A stretch of DNA of 64,000 bases, taken from Podarcis vaucheri (taxonomy: Eukaryota). Positions 52,091 through 64,000 of the stretch are shown in pieces. Where the stretch lies: the NCBI GenBank assembly GCA_965113315.1, contig OZ220382.1; one strand, written 5' to 3'. A program made the translations under genes and the position numbers. The notes below the pieces were generated by a model. It saw only the letters and a program-made list of their open reading frames with translations, made no database searches and was not told the origin of the DNA. The first letter of the stretch is position 1. Each line of letters starts with the position of its first letter.

Positions 52091-52353
52091 GGGCGGTTCA
52101 TAAAAAACTTTTTTTAAAAAATGCCTGCTCCAAAGGTCTTAACTTACTACATTAGGGATTATATAGCTATATACGAAATTTCATGCATATCAGTTAATAT
52201 CTTGACCCTCCTCCACGAAAATAGCTGTTTGACCTTGGCCGTTTCCCTATGTCGTGAAGGCTGAAATTTCAATTCAGTGGAGCGGGGTCAAGATATTAAA
52301 GATAAGACCTTTGGAGCAGGCATTTTCAAAAATAAGTTTTTTATGAACCACTC
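52091..52353. mobile_element. MITE with ~50-bp TIRs
   Basis: GGGCGGTTCATAAAAAACTT...TGCCTGCTCCAAAGGTCTTA mirrored at 52302-52353; TA flanks. Confidence 0.7.
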
Positions 52354-53301
52354 TATTGCCCTACCTTCTGCTGGGCTTCCCAGATCCTGGAAAATCGGCC
52401 TATGTGAAGAAAATGAGACTAGGCCAAGTAGATTTTGCCTTGCCTTGCCTTGCCTTCGCCCTGCCCGCAGCCGATTGGCCAGCTGGGTTGGGGGCGGGGC
52501 AAGGGCAAGGGCAAGGCAAGGCCAAATCTACTTGGCCTAGTCTCATTTTCTCCACATAGGCCTACTTTCTGGGCTGCTGGGGAAGCCTGCCAAGGCCGCT
52601 GCCTGACCTGCGCACCCCTCTGGCCCCAATCCCCCTCCGGAAAGCCTCTGCTGCCCCCAAAAGTGGAGCGTGTGGGACAATGGCAGCGCTGCCGCCCCAT
52701 TTTGCCCGCGTGTGGCGCCGGGAGGAGCAGCTCAGCGCCGCCCTGAGCACTCGGCACTTTGCCCCCAGCCTCCCCTGGATGAAGGTAGGACCACCCAAAA
52801 GCAGCTGTCTAATTAAAAGAAGATGAGGAAAAAATCACCAAGGCAATTCTGTGGGTAATTGACCAATTCCTTTAAACAGGGTCTATTAATGAAGATCACA
52901 CTTTTGACAACCAGTCTGATGCTTTTGCAGGAAAATATTCCTAGTCACAAGACTTTTATTTTTTTAAGCCCTTTCAGTCTCGCATCTCGAGGCTAAGTAC
53001 AGTAAACTGTACATTCCCACCAAGGCCAACACTCTCCCCAAGGCCGGATTATCTGTGTCTCCCTTGTATCTATTAAGGACTATTCTCTTGCCTTTCCTTT
53101 GATATCTATGCCACTGATTACTTCTACCGTATTAATTTTAGAGAAAGTATTTAATTTAAAAAGGATCTGTACTGTAGAATAACAGTGGTAACAATACATT
53201 GAAGACAAGTAAATGTTTTGGGGAGGGTGGTCCCAGAGCCCTAGTGCCACCATCCCAAAGAGGATAAAATGGGAGGACTTTGGTACTCTTTTGTCCTCCC
53301 C

Positions 53302-53308
53302 TCCCCCA

Positions 53309-53356
<48 letters not shown>
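53302..53356. repeat. (CT)n microsatellite
   Basis: Direct reading of the sequence. Confidence 0.95.
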
Positions 53357-53359
<3 letters not shown>

Positions 53360-56300
53360 AGCTGGCTCCCTGCCTATTAACGTTACATGTGGGGAAACCC
53401 GTGCGGGGTTCCTCTTTGTGTAATGTCTTCAAGCTGTTCCTGTGCGTGCCTGACAAATCTGCCCCATTATCAAAATTTATCTTTTCCCCCACCTCCAGTC
53501 TCCGTTGTTGTGTGTCCTGGCTGAGGGGAAAAACAGAAGACAGGTGGCCATCGGTCAGGGATGGTCTTGTTGAGATTCCTGCATTGCCCCAGGGGTTTGG
53601 CTAGATGACCCTCAGGGGTACCTTCCAACTCTACAATTTTCTGGTGCAGGCTTGTGCAGAGTTTTAGGTACAAGTTGGATGCAAGGGGTGCATAGGATTG
53701 CTGCCCATCTTATGCACCGTCAGCTCAGGAATAAATCCGACTGATCATGATGAGACTAGATTGCTGCTGTGCAGTCCTCTTTTTTAAATAAATGCTTCCC
53801 TTTTCAGATAATACAGAGCATGGTGAAATCACAGTAAATAAAACATCCCCTTCAGTAGTTTCAAGCACTACTATAGGTTCCACATAATACCTGTACTGCA
53901 TTGTTTACTGTGACAGCACTTGCACTTTGGAACTCCCCGCCTATTGCAACAAAGCACGTGCCTTTGCTAGACTCTTTTCGGGCACCTGCTAAAAGCATTC
54001 TTCTTCAGACAAGCATACCTAGATGCTTAGGAAGTTGAAGTAATTTTAATCTTAATATTTTAGCTTTTGTATGTTTTAAAGTAGGATTGTTAATTTCTTA
54101 CTGCTGTGGGGTTTTTTGTTTTTTGTTTTGGTAAACCACTTTGCAGGTTTTTTAAAATAAATTTTATTAAATAAATAAACAATAAATATAAATAAAATAA
54201 CACAAGCCAACCTGTAGATTTAAGTATCTGTCCACAGTCGCCTACTTGTTATCAGAGGCCCAGAATCCGCATTCCTTTGTAAGAAAATACGAAATAAAAT
54301 AAAACAATTTTTGCAGGAATTTTTTTTTTTAAAAAATCAATGTGTGTGTGGGGGGGGTGACAAGAAATTTTCTGCACCAAGTACCACCTGACCTTCCTAC
54401 GCCTCTGTATGAACCCCCTACTTTTGAAAATGTTGATAGCTCTATGATAGTTTTTGTTATGTAAATGGGGCTACGGACACCTTGGGTGGTTTATGCGAAG
54501 CCTCTGGGATTCCCAGGCAAACAATTGGGAACCACTGCTATAAGGTTTTAACTGGCTGCAGGGTTTGTAAGGCTTCAGCTGGTTTTAAGTTGGTTTATTA
54601 CGCTGTTTTGATTAGGCTGTTTATTATAGCTGGTTTTATTATCTTTATGTTTGCATTGTATAAGATACACATGTTATTGTGCGTACTTAGTTTCTTACTG
54701 GTCCATATTTTAATAGTACATGGAGGCTGCTTTCAGAGGTAGATACCGTAAAAGACAATCTACACATCTTTAGAAATTAGAGGGGGGGGGGAGGACCTTC
54801 CAGCAGCTATGGTCCTTGCAGCCAAATAGTCATAGAAATAAATTGGAAATTAGAGAAATCAGTTGACATCTTGCAATGGGATAAAGGCATAGGGGGCATA
54901 ACATCATTGACAGCATGCACATATTATAAATATATATAGAAGAAAGTGCACCAAACAAATTTATTGGAAAAACGAAGTCAATTTGTCGTGGAATTTTACA
55001 TTCCAACAATGAACAATGTTCAACTGTACATATTATTTTCACTCATGTAAACTGACATTCTGCTTAAAATATCATAGTATCCGGAGATATCTACACTCTT
55101 TAAACCATGATTACATTTTTTATATGGATACATCATGATATTTTGATAGTTATATAAATATTGCCTATATAAATGAAACATTTCTTTTGCAATTTTTTTC
55201 TTAATAGAGGGGAGAAAAGAAGAGGGGATTATAATATTAGGTTTGGCCATTGACCATACAGCAATATCAATAATGGCAGCTTCCCTTCCTCTGAACTCTT
55301 TCCCTTCATCTCATTCCAAGGGAATCTGTTCAACTACCATTAGTAGATGAAAACATCCTGTAACCCTCAAAAAAAGAAGCAGGATGTCTTTGGAACACCC
55401 CCCACCCCAACTGTGATGCCATGGCCAAAGAATATTCTAACTCAGGGTCAACAGAAAGATACTGGAATTAGTGGGGTTTTAATAACTGTGTTCTCATCTG
55501 AAAGGCAGGGGGATGAATACTTTCTCCAGCAATTTCCTCTTGTAGTCGTGCTTTGAGGAAGCACCCTCCAGTCATAAATTCTGAGCAGTGCAGGACCTTC
55601 TGTCTCCCTTATGAAAAGCTAATATAATTCATGAGATCTGGCTGGATTAAGCACTTCTGTGACAGGCAATCTGCATTTATTTTCTCACTTGTTATGACAT
55701 TAGTGGCATTCTCGGGAGTCAGGAGTTCACATCTGGCTCACATTTATTATGGGGTTCACCTTGAGTATTTTGCCATATAAGGGCTTTTATTTTTTGGTCG
55801 GGTTTCACAATTGAGGCAGCAGACTGTAGAATGCATGCCCACCAGAGGGTGGACTGTGTCTTAGGATTTGTTAAACGCACTGCATATTCATTCAAAACAT
55901 TGATTTTTCAAGCTATGTCCTGTGGAAGTCTTGGGTTGTTTTGGAATCCAGTATGGATTGTCCATAAGAAAATTAGTGCTGCGGCAAAAAAATAAAAATC
56001 CCGTGTTGTTCCTCCTCACCCAGCCACTTTCTATCAATTAATGACAAATAAATTGCATATAACATTTACCTAAGGGGAAACAGAATTTTGTTTCTTTTGC
56101 TGTTGCCACACTTTCCATACAGTTATAAACACAACTGGAATATAATAAATAACAACAATAGCAGCTAGTCTGTCATTAATGGGAAAAGGTGTATCACCAG
56201 CTTAAGGGCTGGAACCACTACTTAGAACCAGTTTATAGTTCATATTAAAGACTCTAATAGGTCTTTCCAGATGTTTCCATGGGTCTAGGGAGGTTGTCTC

Positions 56301-56497
56301 AATTCATTAAGCGCATCTCATATGGAAGGTAAAGGGATGCTGGGTGTTGTAGAAGTATAAAGGACTCAACGTGCCTCTGGTCTGGCCGGTCAGTTTCTCA
56401 GCCAGAGCAACAGACCACACCTGAGCATACCTCAAGTCTATTGACAGGCCTGTTGCAGGATGCTATATTATCATTATCATTATCATCATTATCATCA

Positions 56498-56540
<43 letters not shown>

Positions 56541-56831
56541 GGGTTTTATAAACGGGGATCATAGGAATAATAAGTGATACAAATAAAGAAGGCCAAGTCT
56601 TCTAATGTCATTTGTATATCACAAATTTAGAGCAATATCTACAACATATGGTTCTTTATTAGTGGTCAATGTACAAATTCTAGGTTCATGGAGTGGTTTA
56701 AATAAAACAATAACGAAGGGGAAACAGGGTAGAGTTAATAGACAACATTCAACATCACATAAATGCGTAATCAAGAGCCTTTGTGGTTGTACTTAGAACG
56801 CCCCTGCTTCCTCCTCCCCCCCCCCGCCCCA

Positions 56832-57225
56832 CTTGTTGTTGTTGTTTAGTCATTTAGTCGTGTCCAACTCTTCATGACCCATGGACCAGACCACGCCAGG
56901 CACTCCTGTCTTCCACTGCCTCCCGCAGTTTGGTCAGATTCATGTTGGTACCTTTGAGAACACTGTCCAACCATCTCTTGTACTCTGTCATCCCCTTCTC
57001 CTTGTGCCCTCCATCTTTCCCAACATCAGGGTCTTCTCTTCTCATGAGGTGGCCACAAGTATTGGAGCCTCAGCTTCAGGATCTGTCCTTCCAGTGAGCA
57101 CTCAGGGCTGATTTCCTTCAGAATGGATAGGTTTGATCTTCTTGCAGTCAGTGGGACTCTCAAGAGTCTCCTCCAGCACCATAATTCAAAAGCATCAATT
57201 CTTCGGCGATCAGCCTTCTTTATGG
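56832..57225 (-). mobile_element. RTE-BovB LINE 3' end (5'-truncated)
   Basis: Encodes TIKKADRRRIDAFELWCWRRLLRVPLTARRSNLSILKEISPECSLEGQILKLRLQY; (CAA)n tail. Confidence 0.92.
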
Positions 57226-58722
57226 TGTACTTAGAATAAGTATGAGTAATAGTAATTTTTCCTCTTATGTTACCAATGAGACTATCCTGATGAGCGTGGG
57301 AGGGGGGTTCAAAGTGAAGATAGTAATTTAAATTTAAATTTAGATCAACCAGATTGAGCCAAATGCTGTTACAGGGATTGTTCATTTTCTGGAATACTGG
57401 CATATATGTGAAATTAAGACACACCAAGGTAAAGCCATCTTTCTTTAACTATGTGTCAGCCATAGCCTATTTGTCATTCTTTCAAGGAGAGCAGTTTCCC
57501 AAACTGTTTTGTACCAACTGTCAATCGTTGTGCCAGAAAGGTCTTTCCGGTGTCTGGTTATGTTGTGTCTCTTGTAATAAAGGCCTCATTAATAATTTAT
57601 TATGTAAATCCAGATAGTTATGTCTTTAAGAAATATGGTTTATTTTTTACATATTTATACCAGAAGCTTTCAATGGAGGGAGTACAGAGTTGACAGCATT
57701 CAAGATCTCAAGAGGGGCTGTTCCCCACAGCAGTGAAGCATCAGATTCCAAGACACCTCCATGTCTTTGACCCAGCCTGCCTTCAGCCAGCCCACCAAGA
57801 TTGTTCTGACCTTCAGCCCCCTCATGACGTCCTACCTGTTTCCTGCTTCTCCTTCCCATAAACCCCTTGCCAAACAACTCATCCCCTTCTTTCCGCTATT
57901 CCAAAACTAGCTTTAAAAGGTGACAATTTTCCTGTGTGACACCATGCCCAAATTGCCCTGGCAACTTTCCCCTCAGTTACCTGTAGGCTCTTTTGTCTTG
58001 TAGATGGCTTAGTGGCAGGGCCATCATTTCCCTCTGCCCCTCTGTTTGGAAGAAAACCTATCTCGGCCTCTCATTTCTGCTTAAACCCCAGCATCCAAGA
58101 ATTTGGGGAGGAAATCTGGCACCCAAGGATCTAGGATCCATCCCCCCCTCCAACCCATAACAGTGTATATCTGGCTTCCACCTTCAAAACTACAAACCAC
58201 AGAATCCTGGAATTGTGACAGTCCTAACTGGGAGTGAGTGGAGAGGAAACGAATGGTTTATTTGATTCGGACCATATCTGTTCAACAAGCAACAGCTGGA
58301 GTGGAGCAGAAGTTAAAAATAGCAATTGAGCACTTTCCAGAGAGGGAGGGAGGGAAGTTCATTTCAATCCTTTGATACCAATCTGCATGTACAGCTATTA
58401 GAGTTTTAGGAAATCATTTTCTAGTGTATATTCACATACCTCAATTTGTTTAAACTTTCATTTGTGCTTTCATCTGGCATTTCTGTGGTTTTCCTCGCTG
58501 CTGATACAGTAATATTTACATATATTGTAGCACATGATAGGCATGCATATCTCAGCCATCATAAGATATTTATAGATGAAATACTTTTCCTAAGTGTTTT
58601 ACATTTCACTGTTAATGAAGTTTCATAGGTGTAGCTTTGTCAGTTTATTACAGAAAAAACAACAGAGTATTGTAACGCTGTAAAGACAAAGTAAGTGAAA
58701 TCTTTTGGCCGCCCACCTAGCA

Positions 58723-59395
58723 ATCATAGAACCATAGAATTGTATGATTGGAAGTGACCCTGAGGATCATCTAGTTCAACCTCTTGCAATGCAGGAATCG
58801 CAACTAAAATATATATGACAGATGACCATCCAACCTCTGCTTAAAAACTTCCAAGGAAGGAGAGTGCACCACCTTTCAGGGGAGTCCATTTCAATGTCAC
58901 ACAGCTCTGACCATCAGAAAGTTCTTCCTGATGTTTAGCCTGAGTCTCCTTTCTTGTAATTTGAAGCCATTGGTTTGGGTCCTACTCTCCAGAACAAGAG
59001 AAAGCAAGCTTGCTCCACCTTCTATGTGACAGCCCTTGAGATATGTGAAGATGGCAATCATATCTTCTCTCCTCTTATCCAAGCTAAACATACCCAACTC
59101 CTCCTAAGGCTTGGTTTCCAGACCCTTGATAATCTTGGTTGCCCTCCTCTGCACACGTTCCAGCTTGTCAATATTATTCTTAAATTACGGTATCCACAAC
59201 TAGGCACAATATTCCCGGTGTGGTCTGACCGAGGCAGAATAGAGTGGTACTACTTTCCTTGATCAGGACGCTATACTTCTGTTGATGCAGCACAGAGTAG
59301 CATTGCCTTTTTTGCTGCTGCATCACACTGTTGGCTCATGTTAAGCTTGTGGTCTACTACTGGCAAGCCAGGTGTCAGCCAATTACCTTTGTGCT
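58723..59395 (-). mobile_element. CR1 LINE 3' fragment
   Basis: GMFSLDKRR...MIAIFTYLKGCH...RTQTNGFKLQERRLRLNIRKNFLMVRAV; (ATTCTATG)n-like tail. Confidence 0.9.
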
Positions 59396-61459
59396 GCTGG
59401 TTCTTCCTGACTAAGTGCAGAACCTGACATTTGTATGTAAAGTGTATAAAAACTTAATTCTAACCCTAGGAAGCTGCAGAAACTGGTGAGGCAGATTTAA
59501 ACAATTGAAAAGTTACTTCAGGTGACATCACATAATTGTTGGGTCGACAAGGGTTTGATAGAAATGGGCTCCTGGGATGTATGGAAGAATCTGGGAGGCC
59601 AAATTTGACCCACAAGCTGAAACTTTACTCACAATTGGTGCAGGGAAGGTGGCTTCCTAATTCAGTTGCTTCAAAAAAGAGGTGCTGGTTGCTTGTGATA
59701 TCTCCCCATTGAAATCAAAGGTTCCCCATCAATTGTCAAATTCACAGCGAAACATACAGTGAAGGCTGATTTTCATAATAGGCTCGTTGTGCTTTATTAT
59801 TCTTAAAATAACCGATTTCATTTTCATGGTGTAGTGAAGAGCCTGCTGAACCCACCCCCTACTCAGAATAAATGCAGATGAAATGTTAATGAAGAGAATC
59901 TAATGGTGTAGGGGGCTCTTTTGTTCCAACCCTATTCATGTCAAGAACCTTCATTCATTTTAGAAAATTGGCTAAGCATTGTGGGGTGGAGGGTCACGGA
60001 AGGCAAAGGAAGAGCTGCCTGTGTTTGAAATTTCCTCTCCAACTCTGGTTCCCATCTTGCCTCCACACTCTTATTGTTATCATCACTATGCAAATGCAAG
60101 AGAATGCTTTATTGGCAAGTTCCACCCGGGGATTGCATTTTCAAAAGAGTCACTGATTTTTAAGGTCATCTTTCACAACAAAGCATTAGAACACTGTACA
60201 TTCTGCCCTCTGTTTTTTCTAGGCGGACCAGATGATATATGGCGTTTGGGTGCCAATATATGCCAACAACTGATGTGTTGCAGGACTGTCTCCATTATGC
60301 ATTAATGGGATGGGGATAATTGCTGCCTAAAGAGCTGAGTAAGCTGCCTTTCGGGTACGGTGACCACAAAGGGGATGGGGAGAGAGAAAGGAAAGAAGAT
60401 GGACAAAAGGCTGCTTTTGACCATGAAATATTAGCCAACAGAATCAGAGTTTTCCATGGACTGATGTTTATGTTTCCAACAACTAATGATGAGATGCAAA
60501 ACGGACCTCATGTTGAATCTTTGGTGATGGCCCTGATTCAAAGGTAGCAAAAAAAAAAAAAAAAAGTATTGAAATAGGTGCATAGGAACATAGGAAACTG
60601 CCTTGCACTGAATCAGACCATTGGCCCATTTAATTCAGTATTGTCTACACTGGCAGGGGTCCCGCCTGCCAACCCTACCTGGAGATGCTGAGGATTGAAC
60701 TTGGAACCTTCTGCATACAAAGCAGATACTCTGCCAGTGAGCAAAGGCCCTTCTCCAATGATTGCTGAAAAGAAAGCAAGAAGAAAGAGCAACATTCAAC
60801 CACTGTATCTCCAGAGCAATGGAATTGAACTGGTCTCTTAATCCATATGTGGGCCAAATTAATGCTGGAGGGTTGCTGTAATCCAAAAATGGAATAATGG
60901 AGTCAGAGCATTGTCTGTTTTGCTCTGTATTGTCAACAATGACAGGCAGTGCTTCTCCAGGATTTCAGGCAGGAAACCTTCCCAACCATGAAGCTCATTG
61001 GGTTTACTTGGGTCAGTACGTCAGTGGCGGAGTACATGAGCTGCTGTGCAGAAAGTCCTGAGTTCAGTCACCAGCATTTCCAGTTAAAAGGATCCCATGT
61101 GAAGCCCTCTCTCTGCCTGACAGCCTGGAGAGGTGCTGCTAGTCAGATTAGGCAATCCTGGGCTAGGTGGTGTAAGGAAGCCAGATATGCTAATCCTTAC
61201 AAGCCTGCTGATCCCTGCCTCTTGGATCTAGATGGGTCAACATGCATAAAGAATATTGCTACATTCTGCCATTTTCTGTGCCCAGATTAATTTTAGCCTA
61301 ACAGGAACTGATACGGTGGACAAGTTTAGAATGACTGCTGATATTTTAAGGGGCAAATCCTGAGTTCTCACACCTTAGATTGAGGGGAGAGATAACTGTT
61401 TAAGTGCTTACTACATGCTTTGGATGATGATGATGATGATGATAATAATAATAATAATA

Positions 61460-61682
61460 CAGTGGTACCTCAGGTTGCATACGCTTCAGGTTACAGACTC
61501 CGCTAACCCAGAAATAGTGCAGGTTAAGAACTTTGCTTCAGGATGAGAACAGAAATTGTGCTCCGGTGGCACTGCCGCAGCAGGAGACCCCATTAGCTAA
61601 AGTGGTGCTTCAGGTTAAGAACAGTTTCAGGTTAAGTATGGCCCTCCGGAACAAATTAAGTACTTAACCTGAGGTACCACTG
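61460..61682. mobile_element. Tc1/mariner MITE, family A
   Basis: TIRs and TA TSD. Confidence 0.9.
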
Positions 61683-61689
61683 TAATCCC

Positions 61690-61978
61690 GGGTTCCATAT
61701 CCCTGGCATCTGCAGGTAGAGTGAGCAGGTAGGAAGTAGGAATGGCCAGACCTTGGAGAGCTAGTGACAGAATAGACCAGGGTACAGGACTTGGCTGGTG
61801 GACTGGATCCTGACCTCCTACTCCCATTGGTAGGCTTGTCCTCCATGAATTTGACTAATCTTCTTTTAAAGTCATCCAATTTGATGGCCACCACTGCCTC
61901 TTGGGGGAGCAAGTTCCATAGTTTGGCTGTGTGCTGTGTGAAGTACGTTCTTTTATCTGTCCTAAATCTTTGCATCAC
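61690..61978 (-). mobile_element. CR1/L3-like 3' fragment
   Basis: RFRTDKRTYFTQHTAKLWNLLPQEAVVAIKLDDFKRRLVKFMEDK, the ORF2 C-terminus. Confidence 0.8.
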
Positions 61979-62257
61979 CGGCTTCTGTTTAAGCTAATGA
62001 TGAAAACGAATAGCTGCATTTGCAACAAGCCCTGGCGAGCACAGCAAGCCAACTTGAGCAGGTATTGGCTGCACTGTGGGGTTCCCCATCAGCTGTTCAC
62101 TGTTTACAGGAATCCCACTGGGATCAACTGCACTACAGAGTTTACAATGTACAAACCAACTCTACCTGCCACACACCTGCTGCCACATGGGTGATGGGGG
62201 GAAAGGAGGGTGTGGCTTAGGGAGCCAAACTGCAACCTATGCTGGGTCTGATTACGC

Positions 62258-62393
62258 GAGGCATAGGCAAACTCGGCCCTCCAGATGTTTTGGGACTACA
62301 ACTCTCATCATCCCTAGCAAACAGGACCAGTGGTCAGGGATGATGGGAGTTGTAGTCCCAAAACATCTGGAGGGCCGAGTTTGTCTATACCTG
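62258..62393. mobile_element. Palindromic hAT MITE
   Basis: Near-complete hairpin; perfect 8-bp TSD gattacgc. Confidence 0.9.
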
Positions 62394-62709
62394 GATTACG
62401 CCCATGGGCTCAAGGTTTCCTCACCCCTGGAGTAGACATTACTCTGCCAGTCAGAGCAAGCTACACTGGGAAATACTTGGAGCTAGGAATAAGCAATTTC
62501 CTGTGTTGCAGTCCCTCAGCGTAGCCTACCTTACAACCTTGTGGTGAGGATGAAATGTACGCTACCTTGAGTTCCTTGGAGGAAAGACAAAAAGAGTCTT
62601 TCTCTGTATGTAACACATACGCGTGTGAATCTTCATTGACTGATGGTTTTCTCAGTTTTAAAAACAACAAAATGCAACGGGAAAGATAGTAATCCACAGG
62701 CCTGGCTTT

Positions 62710-64000
62710 GCTTAGGTATTGAAACCAAATTTTATTTTGGAAAATGACATCACACGCACCTTGCAAATGTACACTTAGATGAGAAAAAATGCATAACAAA
62801 TACTGAGAGCAAAAGCTACAGAGTGAACAGGTCCCTCTGCTGCATGGTATCCAACCACAGAAACAATCCGAGAGAGGTGAGGAATGGGTTAGGTGGAGTA
62901 TAACAAGCAATAAAAACAGTTCACAACACTTCACAGGGTTGGGGTTCTAATGAAATGAAAAGTGGCTTTGTAACATCAAACCTCCTAAGAAAGACTCCTA
63001 CAGGGGAGGAGGCATAAGACGCATGGATCCAGGGTACATCCGTTTGGGTTTGTCTTCTGTGCAAGTCCCATAAAAGCCACTAGTTAGTGGGCAGAACCAC
63101 AGGTTCTAAGTCTTTGCTTCTTATGTTCTTTATTGACACAGGAACCACATTAACTAGACACATGAAATAATAAGCCCTCTTTGATCACAGAAAACTGTTG
63201 AGGGAACAACTTTATAACTCATAGTGTTCCTAAACTGCACTGTTACATTGGATTCTCCCTACTCCAGAATTGGCGTATGAAGATCTGCTAGATTATTTAC
63301 ATTATTATTATTATTAATTATTATTATTTTAAAAAATAACCTCACCAAGACAACAATCCTGAATTGCACTGGGTATAATGCTCTGGTGCCATGAAGAGAT
63401 AAAATCATAGCAGGCGGCTCTTGGGAGGGGTTAACGGTACACTACAGAAAGGCAGCTGACTGAACAGCGTCTGTATGTCACAAACGTTCACAATCTGTAA
63501 TGGTTTAGGTTTTGCTCTGTCATTTTCTCCATGCCCTTATCTTTAACTTAAAACCACGAGAGACTGAGGGAAAGCAAGGGAAAGTGATTTAAAACCATGA
63601 GATGTCAGTACCATGCATTTACTCTCAAAAGCTTGTTCGATAGCAAGCTAAAATGTCTACAACTACCACCACTAATTGACATCTGCCAACTAATTATCCT
63701 AGTTCTACCTCTACCCATGGAGCTGAAGCTTTTTTTATAATAAAAAAGGAATCCCCTCCCACAAAAACGTCCATCAATAAAATTGTTTTCTGTACAAGTT
63801 GAATGGCACATTTTTTAAAAATGGACAGAATGCTAAGCAACCCACCACAAATGTAGAATGCAGAATCCGTTCAAAACATGCACTGTAAGAAAGGAAAGAA
63901 GAATCATTGGTTTAAAGCTGCAATATATTACAAGAAGATGTGGGTGAGGTGACTTGATGTGGAACCTAAAATGATAATTTGCCATGTGGAAAACTTTTCC
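62710..64000 (-). other. Probable 3' UTR end of the neighbouring minus-strand gene (DCX expected by synteny)
   Basis: Minus-strand AATAAA at 62731-62736, upstream UGUA (~62770), downstream U/GU-rich tract (~62650-62690); the 1.3 kb is TE-poor. Gene identity is inferred only from the amniote PAK3-CAPN6-DCX order. Confidence 0.4.

Larger units (their letters stand above)
51755..54407. mobile_element. Composite non-autonomous hAT element (2.65 kb)
   Basis: TIRs CAGGGGTGTAGGAAG / CTTCCTACGCCTCTG; 8-bp TSD catgaacc/tatgaacc; GGGGGGTGACAA near both ends. Confidence 0.7.

Overview
Vertebrate genomic DNA, almost certainly from a squamate. Sauria SINEs, BovB, CR1, L2 and abundant Tc1/mariner and hAT MITEs fit a lacertid lizard. 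The one clear gene is a minus-strand calpain of the CAPN5/CAPN6 (TRA-3) subfamily, best called CAPN6. It has a probable non-coding exon 1 (~43022-43135) and seven coding exons (33859 down to 865; 390 codons, all GT-AG, in frame) and continues off the left edge. Unlike eutherian CAPN6, it keeps the full Cys82/His253/Asn285 catalytic triad. The 22-kb intron 2 holds a candidate internal promoter and a 35-codon exon (perfect Kozak, signal-anchor-like peptide, phase-0 donor) that could splice in frame to exon 3, or encode a stand-alone micropeptide. Other notable items: a Penelope-like inverted repeat with a minimal hammerhead ribozyme core, a 2.65-kb composite hAT element with cargo, nested MITEs, locally templated duplications, CTCF-like sites, and a probable 3' UTR end of the next minus-strand gene (DCX expected by synteny). 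A 200-N assembly gap lies at 23975-24174.
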